Source of the DNA: an uncultured Bdellovibrionales bacterium
GTDB taxonomy: Bacteria; Patescibacteriota; Minisyncoccia; Moranbacterales; GWC2-37-73
Direction of reading: 5' to 3'
Assembly: GCA_964609855.1 (NCBI GenBank)
Contig: CAZSTB010000003.1
Span: 4,305-68,304 of the forward strand
Length of the DNA stretch: 64,000 nt
Shown here piece by piece: positions 10,574 to 20,509 of this stretch (its first letter is position 1; each line of letters begins with the position of its first letter). The notes under the pieces were generated by a model that saw only the letters and a list, made by a program, of their open reading frames with translations, made no database searches and was not told the origin of the DNA. The position numbers and the translations under genes were made by a program.

Positions 10574-11122
10574 TTATTCGCTTTTTAGCGGAAATCCTAA
10601 TAATTTAAATAATTCCAAACCTTCATTTTGCGTCGTTCCATTCGTAGAAATCGTAATCTGCATTCCGAATGTGTGACGAACTTTTTCTGGCATGATTTCG
10701 GGGAAAATGAGATGTTCTTTAAGTCCGATATTCAAGTTTCCAGCTGAGTCTACTGCTTTACGATTAATTCCTTGAAAATCTCTAGTTCGCGGAAGCGTTG
10801 CAGCTACAACTCTGTCGATAAACTGCCACATCCGAACACCTCTAAGGGTAACTTTCACACCAACTTCCATTCCTTCGCGAATCTTAAATCCAGCAATAGC
10901 TTTTTTAGCTTTAGTCTTAACCGGCTTCTGTCCAGTAATTGCTGTCAAAGACTGCATGATCTCTTCGATCTTGTCATTCTCCTTCACGATTTTGCCGATA
11001 CCAACATTAACCACAACTTTCTGAATGCGAGGCACAGCCATCACGCTCTTGTAGTTGAATTTCTCTTGCATTGCAGCTACCGCAACTTTATTGTATTTAT
11101 CTTTTGCTGGAGTGATATTCAT
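10574..11122 (-). CDS. rplE: 50S ribosomal protein L5
   Basis: VPRIQKVVVNVG, ITGQKPV, FKIREG, LPRTRDFQG. Confidence 0.98.
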   Translation of the reverse strand: MNITPAKDKYNKVAVAAMQEKFNYKSVMAVPRIQKVVVNVGIGKIVKENDKIEEIMQSLTAITGQKPVKTKAKKAIAGFKIREGMEVGVKVTLRGVRMWQFIDRVVAATLPRTRDFQGINRKAVDSAGNLNIGLKEHLIFPEIMPEKVRHTFGMQITISTNGTTQNEGLELFKLLGFPLKSE

Positions 11123-11162
11123 ACGATTCAATTAAAACAATAGTAAATTTATTTGCCCTAGT

Positions 11163-11468
11163 TTACAGCTCTTTGTTACATTTTTTACATACGCGAACTT
11201 TCTTGTCTGCAACAAATGAATACGCAATTCTTGTAGTTTTTCCGCAAGAGCTGCAGATAATCATCGCATTCGATGCATCAAACGGAGCAGCAATCTCTAC
11301 GCGTTGTCCGCGTTCACCTTGTCTGCGAGCTTTTTGATGTTTCTTAACGATATTCATTTCTTCGACAACGATTTTTCCCTCGCTAGGAACTGTTCTAAGA
11401 ACCTTTCCTTGCTTGCCCTTGTCTTTTCCTGCAATTTTTTTAACGAGGTCGCCTTTTTTGATTCTCAT
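11163..11468 (-). CDS. rplX: 50S ribosomal protein L24
   Basis: IKKGDLV..IAGKDKGKQG KOW motif. Confidence 0.97.
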   Translation of the reverse strand: MRIKKGDLVKKIAGKDKGKQGKVLRTVPSEGKIVVEEMNIVKKHQKARRQGERGQRVEIAAPFDASNAMIICSSCGKTTRIAYSFVADKKVRVCKKCNKEL

Positions 11469-11505
11469 ATATCTAAATTTAATCCAAATTACTTAGTAAA
11501 AATTT

Positions 11506-11871
11506 TTACAATACTTCCGGTGCCAAAGAAACAATCTTTGAAAATCCTTTTTCGCGAAGTTCGCGAGCAACTGGTCCAAAAATACGAGTTCCTTTAGGTT
11601 CTTTTTCATTAACAATCACAGCGGCATTTTCATCAAAACGTATGTATGATCCATCCTTTCTGCGCAAAGACTTTTTCTGACGAACAACAACTGCTCGTAC
11701 TTTGTCTCCCTTTTTCACAAGTCCGCGAGGTTCGGCAGATTTAACACTGCAAACAATAATATCTCCGACTGAAGCATAGCGTCTGCGAGATCCTCCGAGC
11801 ACTTTGAAACATTCAATAACCTTTGCTCCTGAATTATCTGCTGCCTTTAATTTTGTTTCTGCCTGAATCAT
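11506..11871 (-). CDS. rplN: 50S ribosomal protein L14
   Basis: [33 protein letters not shown]. Confidence 0.99.
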   Translation of the reverse strand: MIQAETKLKAADNSGAKVIECFKVLGGSRRRYASVGDIIVCSVKSAEPRGLVKKGDKVRAVVVRQKKSLRRKDGSYIRFDENAAVIVNEKEPKGTRIFGPVARELREKGFSKIVSLAPEVL

Positions 11872-11987
11872 ATACGTGGTTTCTTAGTTGATTAGTTTCT
11901 TAGTTGATTAGTTTTCAGTTGAGTCCAATATAACTACGCAACTAATTAACTATTTAACTTACTATAATACGGTAATTTTATGGGTTA

Positions 11988-12230
11988 TTAGGCTACTACT
12001 ATATGGCTCTTGTCCTTACTGATAGGTTTACATTGAGTAAATTCAACTTTGTCTCCTTTTTTGAATTTATTTTCCTCATCATGAACCTTGTAATTCTTGG
12101 TTGAGCGATATTTCTTTAGATATTTCGGATGTGTCTTAAGTGTTTGTACTGCAACAACAATTGTCTTATTCATTGCGTCACTTACAACAATTCCCTTCTT
12201 CTTTGCTAATTTTTTAGTAATGTTCGTCAT
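11988..12230 (-). CDS. rpsQ: 30S ribosomal protein S17
   Basis: GIVVSDAMNKTIVV, HPKYLK, KPISKDK. Confidence 0.97.
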   Translation of the reverse strand: MTNITKKLAKKKGIVVSDAMNKTIVVAVQTLKTHPKYLKKYRSTKNYKVHDEENKFKKGDKVEFTQCKPISKDKSHIVVA

Positions 12231-12276
12231 ACTAATGATATGCGATGTAATTTAATAAATGAGTCCGATGATATTT

Positions 12277-12465
12277 CTATACTGCGCGCTCAGTCAAGAT
12301 TGTCGCAATTCTAGCAATGTCAGTTTTGATAGCGCGGTACTGCCGATGATTCTTCAGCTGACGAGCAGCGATATCAAATCTAAGCTTTACTGCCTGAGCT
12401 TGCTTTTCAGCAATTAGCTTTTTCAGCTGCTCAACGTTCATATCTCTAATTTCCTGAATTTTCAT
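12277..12465 (-). CDS. rpmC: 50S ribosomal protein L29
   Basis: 62 aa, LRF..QLKN, DIARIATIL; between rplP and rpsQ. Confidence 0.95.
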   Translation of the reverse strand: MKIQEIRDMNVEQLKKLIAEKQAQAVKLRFDIAARQLKNHRQYRAIKTDIARIATILTERAV

Positions 12466-12560
12466 AAATTTAACTTATAACTTACAACTGACTACTCTCA
12501 CAAAATGCTCATGCATGTATTCTTGTTGTTTGTTGTTAGTTGTTAGTAATTAGTTGAATG

Positions 12561-12977
12561 CTATTTTTCTTCTTTAACGATGAATTTGGTTTTCACATTG
12601 AGTTTATGAGAAGCAAGTCTCATAGCTTCTTTTGCGATCGGCTCAGTAACTCCACCCATTTCAAACAAAACTCTTCCTTGTTTGGTTTTCGCTACGAAAT
12701 GGTCGACGCTACCTTTACCTTTACCCATGGGAGTTTCATCACCTTTCTTAGTCATCGGTTTATCTGGAAAAATTCTAATCCAAATCTTACCACCGCGCTT
12801 TACATATCGAGTCATCGCACGACGTGCAGCTTCGATCTGACGAGCAGAAATAAGTCCAGAAGTTGTAGCTTTAAGTCCAAAACTTCCAAAACTAACAGTG
12901 TTTCCCTTGGTTGCAACTCCACGGATTTCTCCGCCTCGGTGAATCTTTCTGTGTTTAACTTTTTTTGGCATCAACAT
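12561..12977 (-). CDS. rplP: 50S ribosomal protein L16
   Basis: [33 protein letters not shown]. Confidence 0.98.
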   Translation of the reverse strand: MLMPKKVKHRKIHRGGEIRGVATKGNTVSFGSFGLKATTSGLISARQIEAARRAMTRYVKRGGKIWIRIFPDKPMTKKGDETPMGKGKGSVDHFVAKTKQGRVLFEMGGVTEPIAKEAMRLASHKLNVKTKFIVKEEK

Positions 12978-13045
12978 ATGCGTGTATTTTCTAAAATCAA
13001 ATTTACGCTTATCGCTAGTTATCTATATTTAGTGCTGTTCAGGAA

Positions 13046-13699
13046 TTAAAGACTTTTGTCTTCAAAAACTTCTCCTTTGTAAAGCCATGTCTTGACACCA
13101 ATTGCTCCATAGGTTGTAAAAGCGGTTGCTTTTGCAAAATCTATATCAGCGCGCAAAGTGTGAAGTGGAACTGTTCCTCTTGAAAGCCATTCCCTACGAG
13201 ACATTTCTGCTCCGCCCAAACGACCTGAAACTTCTATTTTAACACCCTTGATATTCCTATTCTTTTCAACTTGGTCAAGCATTGATTTGAGAATTCTTCG
13301 AAATGGTACACGCTTCTCAAGTTGTTCAGCAACATTTTGAGCTACAAGTGATGCATTTTCTTCGAATTGTCTCACTTCTTGTGCTTCAATACGTAAATCA
13401 ATCTTTTTTCCTGCGAAAAATTTCTTCTTGATTACAGTACTCATATCACCAATACCCGTTCCACCTCTTCCGATCAATACTCCCGGACGTGATGTTTTGA
13501 TGATCAATTTCAGCGTATTTGCGCTTCTTTCAATTTCAACATCAGCAATCGCTGCAGATTTCCATTTCTTCATTATGAATTCGCGAACCTGGATATCTTC
13601 TTTGAGTTTAATTGTGTAATCTTTACCTGCAAACCACCTTGATTTCCAAGTTGTTGTGATTCCCAAGCGCAGTCCTGTTGGATTGACTTTATGTCCCAT
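13046..13699 (-). CDS. rpsC: 30S ribosomal protein S3
   Basis: MGHKVNPTGLRLGI, RPGVLIGRGG, GRLGGAEM, PLHTLRADID. Confidence 0.98.
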   Translation of the reverse strand: MGHKVNPTGLRLGITTTWKSRWFAGKDYTIKLKEDIQVREFIMKKWKSAAIADVEIERSANTLKLIIKTSRPGVLIGRGGTGIGDMSTVIKKKFFAGKKIDLRIEAQEVRQFEENASLVAQNVAEQLEKRVPFRRILKSMLDQVEKNRNIKGVKIEVSGRLGGAEMSRREWLSRGTVPLHTLRADIDFAKATAFTTYGAIGVKTWLYKGEVFEDKSL

Positions 13700-13777
13700 A
13701 ATATTTACTTATCACTTATTACTTACCACTTACAACTTTTTTGTTATAAGTTGTGAGTTATTTGTTGTTAGTTATAT

Positions 13778-14350
13778 TTATGCTCCTGATTTTCTTTGAA
13801 AAACTTTCTTCAAAAATCCATCATCCTGTCCTTTTTTAGCAGTATCTTTTTTCTTTGAAGTTTTCGCAATCACTGATTTCTCAACAGCAGCTTCCTCAGT
13901 CTTTCCTTCTTCTTTTTCAAATTCAGCCATCTGCTCTTTCATCAATTTGGTTCTTGCAGCTTCACGTTCAGCCTTCTCTTTTTCTAATTCTTCTTTTGAA
14001 CGCTTATTCTTTCCTTCAATTCGTTCTTCAAGTTCCAATTTGATATGAGAAGTTCTTTTCAAAAGCAATGTTGCTCTTCCGTGTGCCCTTGGAAGCCATC
14101 TTTTCAACTTCGCTCCCTCACCAACAAGAATGCTGCTTACAAACATATTGTCCTTGTCCAAACCGAAATTATTTTCAGCATTTGCAAGAGCACTGTTTAG
14201 CAGTTTTTCCATTGGCTCGCTAGTCTTCTTTACAACATGTTGCAATTGAACAAGCGCAGCGCTTGCATTCATGCCAACAATACTATCAGTAACGAGACGC
14301 ACTTTACGTGGAGATGTTCTTAAATTTTTGAGTGATGCTATTACTTTCAT
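13778..14350 (-). CDS. rplV: 50S ribosomal protein L22 with charged C-terminal extension
   Basis: SPRKVRLV, SALANAENN, PRAHGRA, TSHI; followed by ~80 aa Glu/Lys-rich tail. Confidence 0.96.
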   Translation of the reverse strand: MKVIASLKNLRTSPRKVRLVTDSIVGMNASAALVQLQHVVKKTSEPMEKLLNSALANAENNFGLDKDNMFVSSILVGEGAKLKRWLPRAHGRATLLLKRTSHIKLELEERIEGKNKRSKEELEKEKAEREAARTKLMKEQMAEFEKEEGKTEEAAVEKSVIAKTSKKKDTAKKGQDDGFLKKVFQRKSGA

Positions 14351-14376
14351 ATAATATGCTCTAAATAAATCTTAAC

Positions 14377-14718
14377 TTATTTTTTCTTTCCTCCTCCGTC
14401 AGCTTTTGCTGCCTTAGCTGCATCTTGCTGTTTCTGCTTAGCTGCTTGTTCTATTTCTTTCTGCATCTTTCCTCCATGTCTGTTGAATTTACGTGTCGGT
14501 GCAAATTCTCCAAGTCTGTGTCCTACCATTTCTTCAGTCACATATACTGAAGTATGCTCTCTTCCATTATGCACTCCGAAAGTAAAACCAATCATTTCAG
14601 GAGCAATTGTGCATGCGCGTGACCAAGTCTTGATAGTTCCTTCTTCTGGTTTTGCGTTAAGCACTTTCTTCATTACACGAGGATCAACATATGGTCCTTT
14701 TTTTAAACTTCGTGACAT
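14377..14718 (-). CDS. rpsS: 30S ribosomal protein S19
   Basis: [34 protein letters not shown]. Confidence 0.98.
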   Translation of the reverse strand: MSRSLKKGPYVDPRVMKKVLNAKPEEGTIKTWSRACTIAPEMIGFTFGVHNGREHTSVYVTEEMVGHRLGEFAPTRKFNRHGGKMQKEIEQAAKQKQQDAAKAAKADGGGKKK

Positions 14719-14781
14719 AATTTTAATTCTTTAGTTCATTAGTCAAAAGTGGAAACAATTGACCATTTTAACTAGTTATTA

Positions 14782-15612
14782 CTATTTCTTAATTCTTCGT
14801 TTTACAATAAATTTATCGCTGTATCTATTCTTCTTTCTTGTCTTCTTTCCAAGAGCAGGCTTACCCCAAGGTGTCTTAGGATGTTTAAGTCCAATACCTT
14901 GACGTCCTTCTCCTCCTCCGTGTGGATGATCAACAGGATTCATAGCAGATCCGCGAACTTCCGGTCTCTTTCCCTTCCATCTGTTTCGTCCAGCCTTTCC
15001 AAGTTTTTCGCTGCTATGTTCGAAGTTACTTACTCTTCCGATAGTTGCGTGACATTCTTTATTTACCAAGCGAATTTCTCCAGAAGACATTTTCAGTTGA
15101 GCCATTTTTCCATCGATAGCCATCAATGTTGCTCCTGAACCAGCACTTCTAGTGATTTGTCCACCTTTTCCAGCAATCAATTCAATATTTGAAATAATAG
15201 TACCTGATGGAATGTTTTTAACAGCTGTACGATTTCCTTTCTTGATTGGCGCATTTTCACCACTCATGATTTCCATTTCAGCTTTCATTCCTTCAGTTGC
15301 AAGCACATAGCGCTTTTCACCATCAGCATAACAAACCAATGCAATAAGAGAACTTCGGTTTGGATCCTTTTCGATTGCAATAATCTTTCCAGGAATATCA
15401 AACTTCTGCTGCTTGAAATCCACCAAGCGATAACGTCTCTTGTGACCACCACCTTGGTGACGAGTAGAGATTTTACCGTGTGATCTTCCACCTTTTTGAG
15501 TCATTGGCGCAAGAAGTGATTTCTCAGGTTTCTTGTCGGTCAAATTATCAGGCTTCACAATCGACATATTGCGACGTCCAGCGGTATTCTTTTTGTATAC
15601 TTTAATTGCCAT
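14782..15612 (-). CDS. rplB: 50S ribosomal protein L2
   Basis: GGGHKRRYR, DPNRS, MNPVDHPHGGGEG, TPWG. Confidence 0.99.
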   Translation of the reverse strand: MAIKVYKKNTAGRRNMSIVKPDNLTDKKPEKSLLAPMTQKGGRSHGKISTRHQGGGHKRRYRLVDFKQQKFDIPGKIIAIEKDPNRSSLIALVCYADGEKRYVLATEGMKAEMEIMSGENAPIKKGNRTAVKNIPSGTIISNIELIAGKGGQITRSAGSGATLMAIDGKMAQLKMSSGEIRLVNKECHATIGRVSNFEHSSEKLGKAGRNRWKGKRPEVRGSAMNPVDHPHGGGEGRQGIGLKHPKTPWGKPALGKKTRKKNRYSDKFIVKRRIKK

Positions 15613-15668
15613 ATCTTTCGCTCGCTAAATTTAAAACTTAAAATTTCAAATTTGAAATTAATTTATGC

Positions 15669-16070
15669 TTATACTCCTTGGAAAAATTCAATCTTATCTC
15701 CTTGTTTCAAGGTCACAGTAGCTTTCTTAAAGCCTGACTTTGTTCCAACATGTCTACCGTAGGCACGTTTTTTAGCTTTAATATTAACTACAGTAACTTT
15801 TTCAACTTTTACACCGTAGATTCCTTCAATCGCTTTTTTAGCTTCCAGCTTAGTAGCGCTGCGGATAACCTTAAAGGTATATTTATTGTCAGCAATTGCA
15901 GCATGAGTCTTTTCAGTAATCCATGGCTCCACCAACACTCGGTATGCAATGTCTGCATTCTTTGTGATTGTAGTTGCCTCCTTCTTGGTAGCCACTGACT
16001 TTTTTACGGTCTTTTTTGGTGTAGCTTTTACTGAAGACACCTTTTCAATTTTTTCTTCTGTCGCTGCCAT
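15669..16070 (-). CDS. rplW: 50S ribosomal protein L23 with N-terminal extension
   Basis: PWITEK, KYTFKV, KKATVTL; ~35 aa Lys/Thr-rich leader. Confidence 0.95.
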   Translation of the reverse strand: MAATEEKIEKVSSVKATPKKTVKKSVATKKEATTITKNADIAYRVLVEPWITEKTHAAIADNKYTFKVIRSATKLEAKKAIEGIYGVKVEKVTVVNIKAKKRAYGRHVGTKSGFKKATVTLKQGDKIEFFQGV

Positions 16071-16123
16071 ATCTATAATCAAATAAGTTATTATTTTCTA
16101 ATGGATGATAAATAAATTTATCA

Positions 16124-16759
16124 TTATTTTTGCTCTGCAAACTTTTCTTCCAAATAAGCTATCGCTTGTTTAGAAAGAAGCAAATATTTGTTGTTAAGCA
16201 AATCCATAACATTCAAATCTTTCGCATAAGTATTCAGAACGCTTGGGATGTTTCGGCTGATCAATGATGACTCTCTTTCTTCTTCAGTGAAGGCCACCAA
16301 AACTTTTCCACCAAGGTTCAATTTCTTCAAAACGCTAGCAAATGCTTTTGTCTTAGCTTCCTTAACTACCAAAGTGTCCAAAGCAATCAATGTTCCAGCT
16401 CTAAGTTTTTCACTTAGAGCGATAACAACCGCTTTTTGCTTCATCTTCTTATTTAAATCTCTCTTGTAGTTTCTTTCATTAGTTGGTCCGAAAGCAACAC
16501 CTCCACCTCGCATCACAGGATTTCTTTTCTGTCCTTGTCGAGCAGAACCGGTTCCCTTTTGCTTGAATGGTTTCTTTCCAGATCCAGCAACTTCGCTCTT
16601 ATCTTTCGTATGAGCAATCGGGTTACGCTGATTTCCAGCCATCACCATGAATACTTGGTGCAGGAGTTCGTTATTTGCTTTTGCAGCAAACACGCTATCT
16701 GAAACAGACAGATCCTCAATTTTTTTTCCTTCTTGATTGTGAACAGCAATTGTAGCCAT
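16124..16759 (-). CDS. rplD: 50S ribosomal protein L4
   Basis: KPFKQKGTGSARQG, RGGGVAFGP, RNIP. Confidence 0.98.
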   Translation of the reverse strand: MATIAVHNQEGKKIEDLSVSDSVFAAKANNELLHQVFMVMAGNQRNPIAHTKDKSEVAGSGKKPFKQKGTGSARQGQKRNPVMRGGGVAFGPTNERNYKRDLNKKMKQKAVVIALSEKLRAGTLIALDTLVVKEAKTKAFASVLKKLNLGGKVLVAFTEEERESSLISRNIPSVLNTYAKDLNVMDLLNNKYLLLSKQAIAYLEEKFAEQK

Positions 16760-16815
16760 AATATTCGCTCCGCTAAATTTTAAATTTCAAACTTTAAATT
16801 TCTTATTGAAATCAA

Positions 16816-17376
16816 TTATCCTCTGATCTCAACGATTCTTCCAACCACACCAGGCACAGCGCCCAATACTGCAAGAATATTTTTTTCCATATCAACATAT
16901 ACCACTTTCACATTTTTCATTGTAGATCTCTTTCCACCCATTCTTCCAGCCATACGCTTTCCCTTGATAACATGTTGTGGTTGCTGAGCTCCAATTGAAC
17001 CTGGCGCTCTAAGATCATGCTTGTGTCCATGAGTCGCAGGAGAACCTTTGAAACCATGGCGCTTAACTACACCTTGGAAACCTTTAGCCTTCGCAATTCC
17101 ACTAACATTAACTTCGTCGCCGATTACAAATGTTTCAATTGTAATTTCTTGACCAACTTCAGCTGTTGCTGGCTCTTCCAAGCGAAATTCTTTACGATGA
17201 GTAACTTTCTTAGTCTTTGCAATTTCCAATTGAACTGCATTGTAACCATCTTTTTCCAAAGATCGTACAACAGAAACTTTGTTTGGGTTACATTCGATTA
17301 GAGTTACGTTAAGTGCACCTTGCTCCTTATCGTAAAGCGTTGTCATTCCTAATTTTGTTCCTAAAATGTATTTCAT
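16816..17376 (-). CDS. rplC: 50S ribosomal protein L3
   Basis: GTKLGMT, KGFQGVVKRHGF, RAPGSIG, KRMAGRMG; start placed at ATG 17376. Confidence 0.97.
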   Translation of the reverse strand: MKYILGTKLGMTTLYDKEQGALNVTLIECNPNKVSVVRSLEKDGYNAVQLEIAKTKKVTHRKEFRLEEPATAEVGQEITIETFVIGDEVNVSGIAKAKGFQGVVKRHGFKGSPATHGHKHDLRAPGSIGAQQPQHVIKGKRMAGRMGGKRSTMKNVKVVYVDMEKNILAVLGAVPGVVGRIVEIRG

Positions 17377-17409
17377 ATCTGTAATTATTGCTAATTGTAA
17401 CAAAAAAAA

Positions 17410-17425
17410 CTGGCTTCTCAGCCAG
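17410..17425 (-). terminator. Hairpin plus U-tract between rpsJ and rplC (terminator or attenuator)
   Basis: Minus strand CTGGCT-GAGA-AGCCAG followed by T8. Confidence 0.55.
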
Positions 17426-17615
17426 CATAGCCCAGGGGATTCCTGAACTTAGCTAATTGAGTATCCCAAAGGGACTTTAACTAGTTTTTTTCGTTTTTTC
17501 TAACTTATATATACTATACTACTTTCGAAAATAATGCAAGCCCCCTTGACTCTAACTGTGCATAAGTCTTCATCGGGCTAAATTCAGACTTTTTTCGCTT
17601 AAATAAAGCGTAGAT

Positions 17616-17960
17616 TTACATCTTTATTTCAACATCAACTCCTGCTGGAAGATCTAGACTTGTAAGGTTTTCAATCGTTTTTGCAGTTGGGTCCCAGATA
17701 TCAATAAGACGTTTGTGAATTCTCATTTCATACTGGTCACGAGCATCCTTGTAAACAAATGTCGATTTGTTAACGGTAACTTTGTGAATTTCAGTTGGAA
17801 GTGGAACTGGACCGGTAAATCTTGATCCGCTTCGTTCAACTGTTTCCACGATTTTGCGAGCAGACTGGTCTATAACCTTGTTGTCATACGCTTTAATCTT
17901 GATTCTGATTCGTGTGGATGATTGTGCTGTGTCTGTTTTTTTCGCTGCCATCGTGGTCAT
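17616..17960 (-). CDS. rpsJ: 30S ribosomal protein S10
   Basis: [39 protein letters not shown]; start uncertain (17951 or 17960). Confidence 0.97.
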   Translation of the reverse strand: MTTMAAKKTDTAQSSTRIRIKIKAYDNKVIDQSARKIVETVERSGSRFTGPVPLPTEIHKVTVNKSTFVYKDARDQYEMRIHKRLIDIWDPTAKTIENLTSLDLPAGVDVEIKM

Positions 17961-18108
17961 TGATAAATAAATATTTAATTCTTTTGCGGTGCTCGTCACT
18001 GCCATAAGGCGGTTTCATACAAGCAAGGCAAGTGTATATATTAAACTTCTAGTGAACACATGCAGACATATGGGAAAATCCTATATGTCTGCTTAGTCTA
18101 CTCGAAGA

Positions 18109-19302
18109 TTATTTGATAACCTTTGTCGCAACACCGGCTCCTACAGTCTTGCCACCTTCGCGAATTGCGAAGCGCATTCCTTCAGCCATAGCTACTGGTG
18201 CGATCAATTTGATTGTAAGGTTGATTGTGTCTCCAGGCATAACCATCTCAGTTCCTTCTGGAAGTATTACTTCTCCAGTCACATCAGTTGTTCGGATGTA
18301 GAATTGAGGTTTGTATCCTTTGAAGAATGGAGTATGACGTCCGCCTTCTTCTTTGGTCAAAATGTAAATTTCTCCTTCGAATTCAGTATGAGGTGTGATT
18401 GAACCAGTCTTAGCAAGAACTTGTCCGCGTTCAACATCTTCTTTCTTGATTCCGCGAATCAAAAGTCCAGCATTGTCTCCAGCCTGTCCTTTGTCCAATG
18501 ATTTGTTGAACATTTCGATTCCAGTAACCACAGTTTTAGCTGTTGGGCGAAGACCGACGATTTCAACTTCTTCATTGATGTTGATTTGTCCGCTTTCGAT
18601 TCTTCCTGTTACCACTGTTCCGCGACCTTCAATTGAGAAGATGTCTTCGATTGGCATTAGGAAAGGTTTTTCAGTCTCACGAACAGGTTCTGGGATTTGA
18701 GCATCCAAAGCAGCCATAAGTTCGTAGATTGGTTGAACACTTGCATCATCAACTGTCGTAGATTCAAGAGCTTTTGTAGCAGATCCCTTAATAACAGCTG
18801 CATTGTCTCCATCGAATTCATATTTTGAAAGAAGTTCACGAACTTCAGCCTCAACCAATTCAACCAATTCAGCGTCATCAACCATGTCAACCTTGTTGAT
18901 GAAAACAACGATTGCAGGAACACCAATTTGTTTTGCAAGCAAGATGTGTTCTCTTGTCTGAGGCATAGGACCATCAGTAGCAGAAACTACCAAGATTGCT
19001 CCATCCATCTGAGCAGCACCAGTAATCATGTTCTTGATGTAGTCAGCATGACCTGGACAGTCAACATGAGCGTAGTGACGAATGTCAGATTCATATTCAC
19101 AATGAGAAGTTGCGATTGTAATTCCGCGTTCTCTTTCTTCTGGAGCGTTGTCGATTTCACCAACTCCTCTTTCTTTTGCGAATCCCTTCAAAGCTTGACC
19201 ATGAAGAATAGCCGCGGTCAAAGTAGTTTTGCCGTGGTCAACGTGTCCAATTGTTCCCACATTCACATGTGGCTTTGTGCGCTCAAATTTTGCTACTGCC
19301 AT
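18109..19302 (-). CDS. tuf: Elongation factor Tu
   Basis: [34 protein letters not shown]. Confidence 0.99.
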   Translation of the reverse strand: MAVAKFERTKPHVNVGTIGHVDHGKTTLTAAILHGQALKGFAKERGVGEIDNAPEERERGITIATSHCEYESDIRHYAHVDCPGHADYIKNMITGAAQMDGAILVVSATDGPMPQTREHILLAKQIGVPAIVVFINKVDMVDDAELVELVEAEVRELLSKYEFDGDNAAVIKGSATKALESTTVDDASVQPIYELMAALDAQIPEPVRETEKPFLMPIEDIFSIEGRGTVVTGRIESGQININEEVEIVGLRPTAKTVVTGIEMFNKSLDKGQAGDNAGLLIRGIKKEDVERGQVLAKTGSITPHTEFEGEIYILTKEEGGRHTPFFKGYKPQFYIRTTDVTGEVILPEGTEMVMPGDTINLTIKLIAPVAMAEGMRFAIREGGKTVGAGVATKVIK

Positions 19303-19421
19303 ACAATTTTTTATATAAGTTAATTAGTTTTTTACGTTTGTAACGTGTAAGATTTAGTATATACGTTTTCGCCGAAACATGCAAATTTAAAGCAAATTTA
19401 AGCCAAAAACAATACTTGATT

Positions 19422-19449
19422 ATTTTACACGAGTAGGAATATTTGTCAA
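19422..19449 (-). promoter_or_regulatory. Dedicated promoter for tuf-rpsJ
   Basis: Minus strand TTGACA-16 bp-TAAAAT about 120 nt upstream of tuf. Confidence 0.55.
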
Positions 19450-19531
19450 GAGCTGCAGGGTTAGCTTTTAGGTTTTAGCTTTTAGCTTCTAGGGAATGCA
19501 GCTTTTTGGCTCAAATATCAGCTTACTTTAA

Positions 19532-20386
19532 CTAGTTTAGCCTTATTGTGTTTCCCACGATCCATTGAACATAGTCACATCCATTTGGTAGCCCGGAATC
19601 ATCCTTAAAACCAGTTCCGCAGCCAGAATCGAACTCCAAATATTTTTCAGACATTTGACCCGGAAAAAGCGGATACATAGCTCCAGCATCACAAAAATTA
19701 AAATCTCTTTTAAATTTCGCTTCGTCATCATATTTCCCTTCATTAGGAATAATGACAAATGAATATCCATTTCCGCCCTGAAAATCACCCTCAGCTATAA
19801 TAGAATATCTAATTCCCTTTTTTCCTACGAAGGGTTTCAGTACTGATTTTACAAATTGCAACTGATTATCAAAACCATACCAACCTTCTTCTTGATTATC
19901 ACCTCCAATCAAACAGACAGCATCTAGCATACTCTTTTCATTGAAATAGTCTTCCGAAATTATGTCAAAAGTATTTTTTACAACAGTGAAATTATTCCCG
20001 TAATCATTAAAAGAGAATTCAGGGAATTTTCTAGCTTCAGCATTGGGATTTGGTTGAGCGAGTCTGGTTTTCTCGTATAAAGCATCCGGGTCGCTCTTAT
20101 AATCATTGGCTGTTTTCTCAATAGCGGGGCATTCCGCAAATTCACAATTCGGACCGATTCTTCCCACGGATGAACCGTCATCGCAAAGTTTGGCATCCAT
20201 TATACATGCAACATCTTCTTCTTTTCTCTCTTCTTTGGTGGCACTTACTGGGGTGTTTTCAATAATTGATGGCTTGTCACCGACGACTGCCCTCTCATTT
20301 TCCATCCAAATAATTGTTCCAACTACAATTGAAATCAAAAGAATAGTTCCTACTGCCAATTCGCTTGCGATTTTTTTGTTGAACAT
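19532..20386 (-). CDS. Membrane-anchored extracellular hypothetical protein with Cys-rich ACxxDAKxCxDGSxVGRxGPNCEF motif
   Basis: N-terminal TM helix; ACIMDAKLCDDGSSVGRIGPNCEFAECP motif of a kind common in CPR surface proteins. Confidence 0.75.
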   Translation of the reverse strand: MFNKKIASELAVGTILLISIVVGTIIWMENERAVVGDKPSIIENTPVSATKEERKEEDVACIMDAKLCDDGSSVGRIGPNCEFAECPAIEKTANDYKSDPDALYEKTRLAQPNPNAEARKFPEFSFNDYGNNFTVVKNTFDIISEDYFNEKSMLDAVCLIGGDNQEEGWYGFDNQLQFVKSVLKPFVGKKGIRYSIIAEGDFQGGNGYSFVIIPNEGKYDDEAKFKRDFNFCDAGAMYPLFPGQMSEKYLEFDSGCGTGFKDDSGLPNGCDYVQWIVGNTIRLN

Positions 20387-20509
20387 TTTATTTTTAAAAA
20401 ATAATTTATATTTTCCTAATTCCTAATTCCTAAAAATTATACCACAAAAATTGATATAAAAAAAACCACCAGCCAGTAAAAGCCAGTAGTTTTGAAGTCT
20501 TATTTGTTG

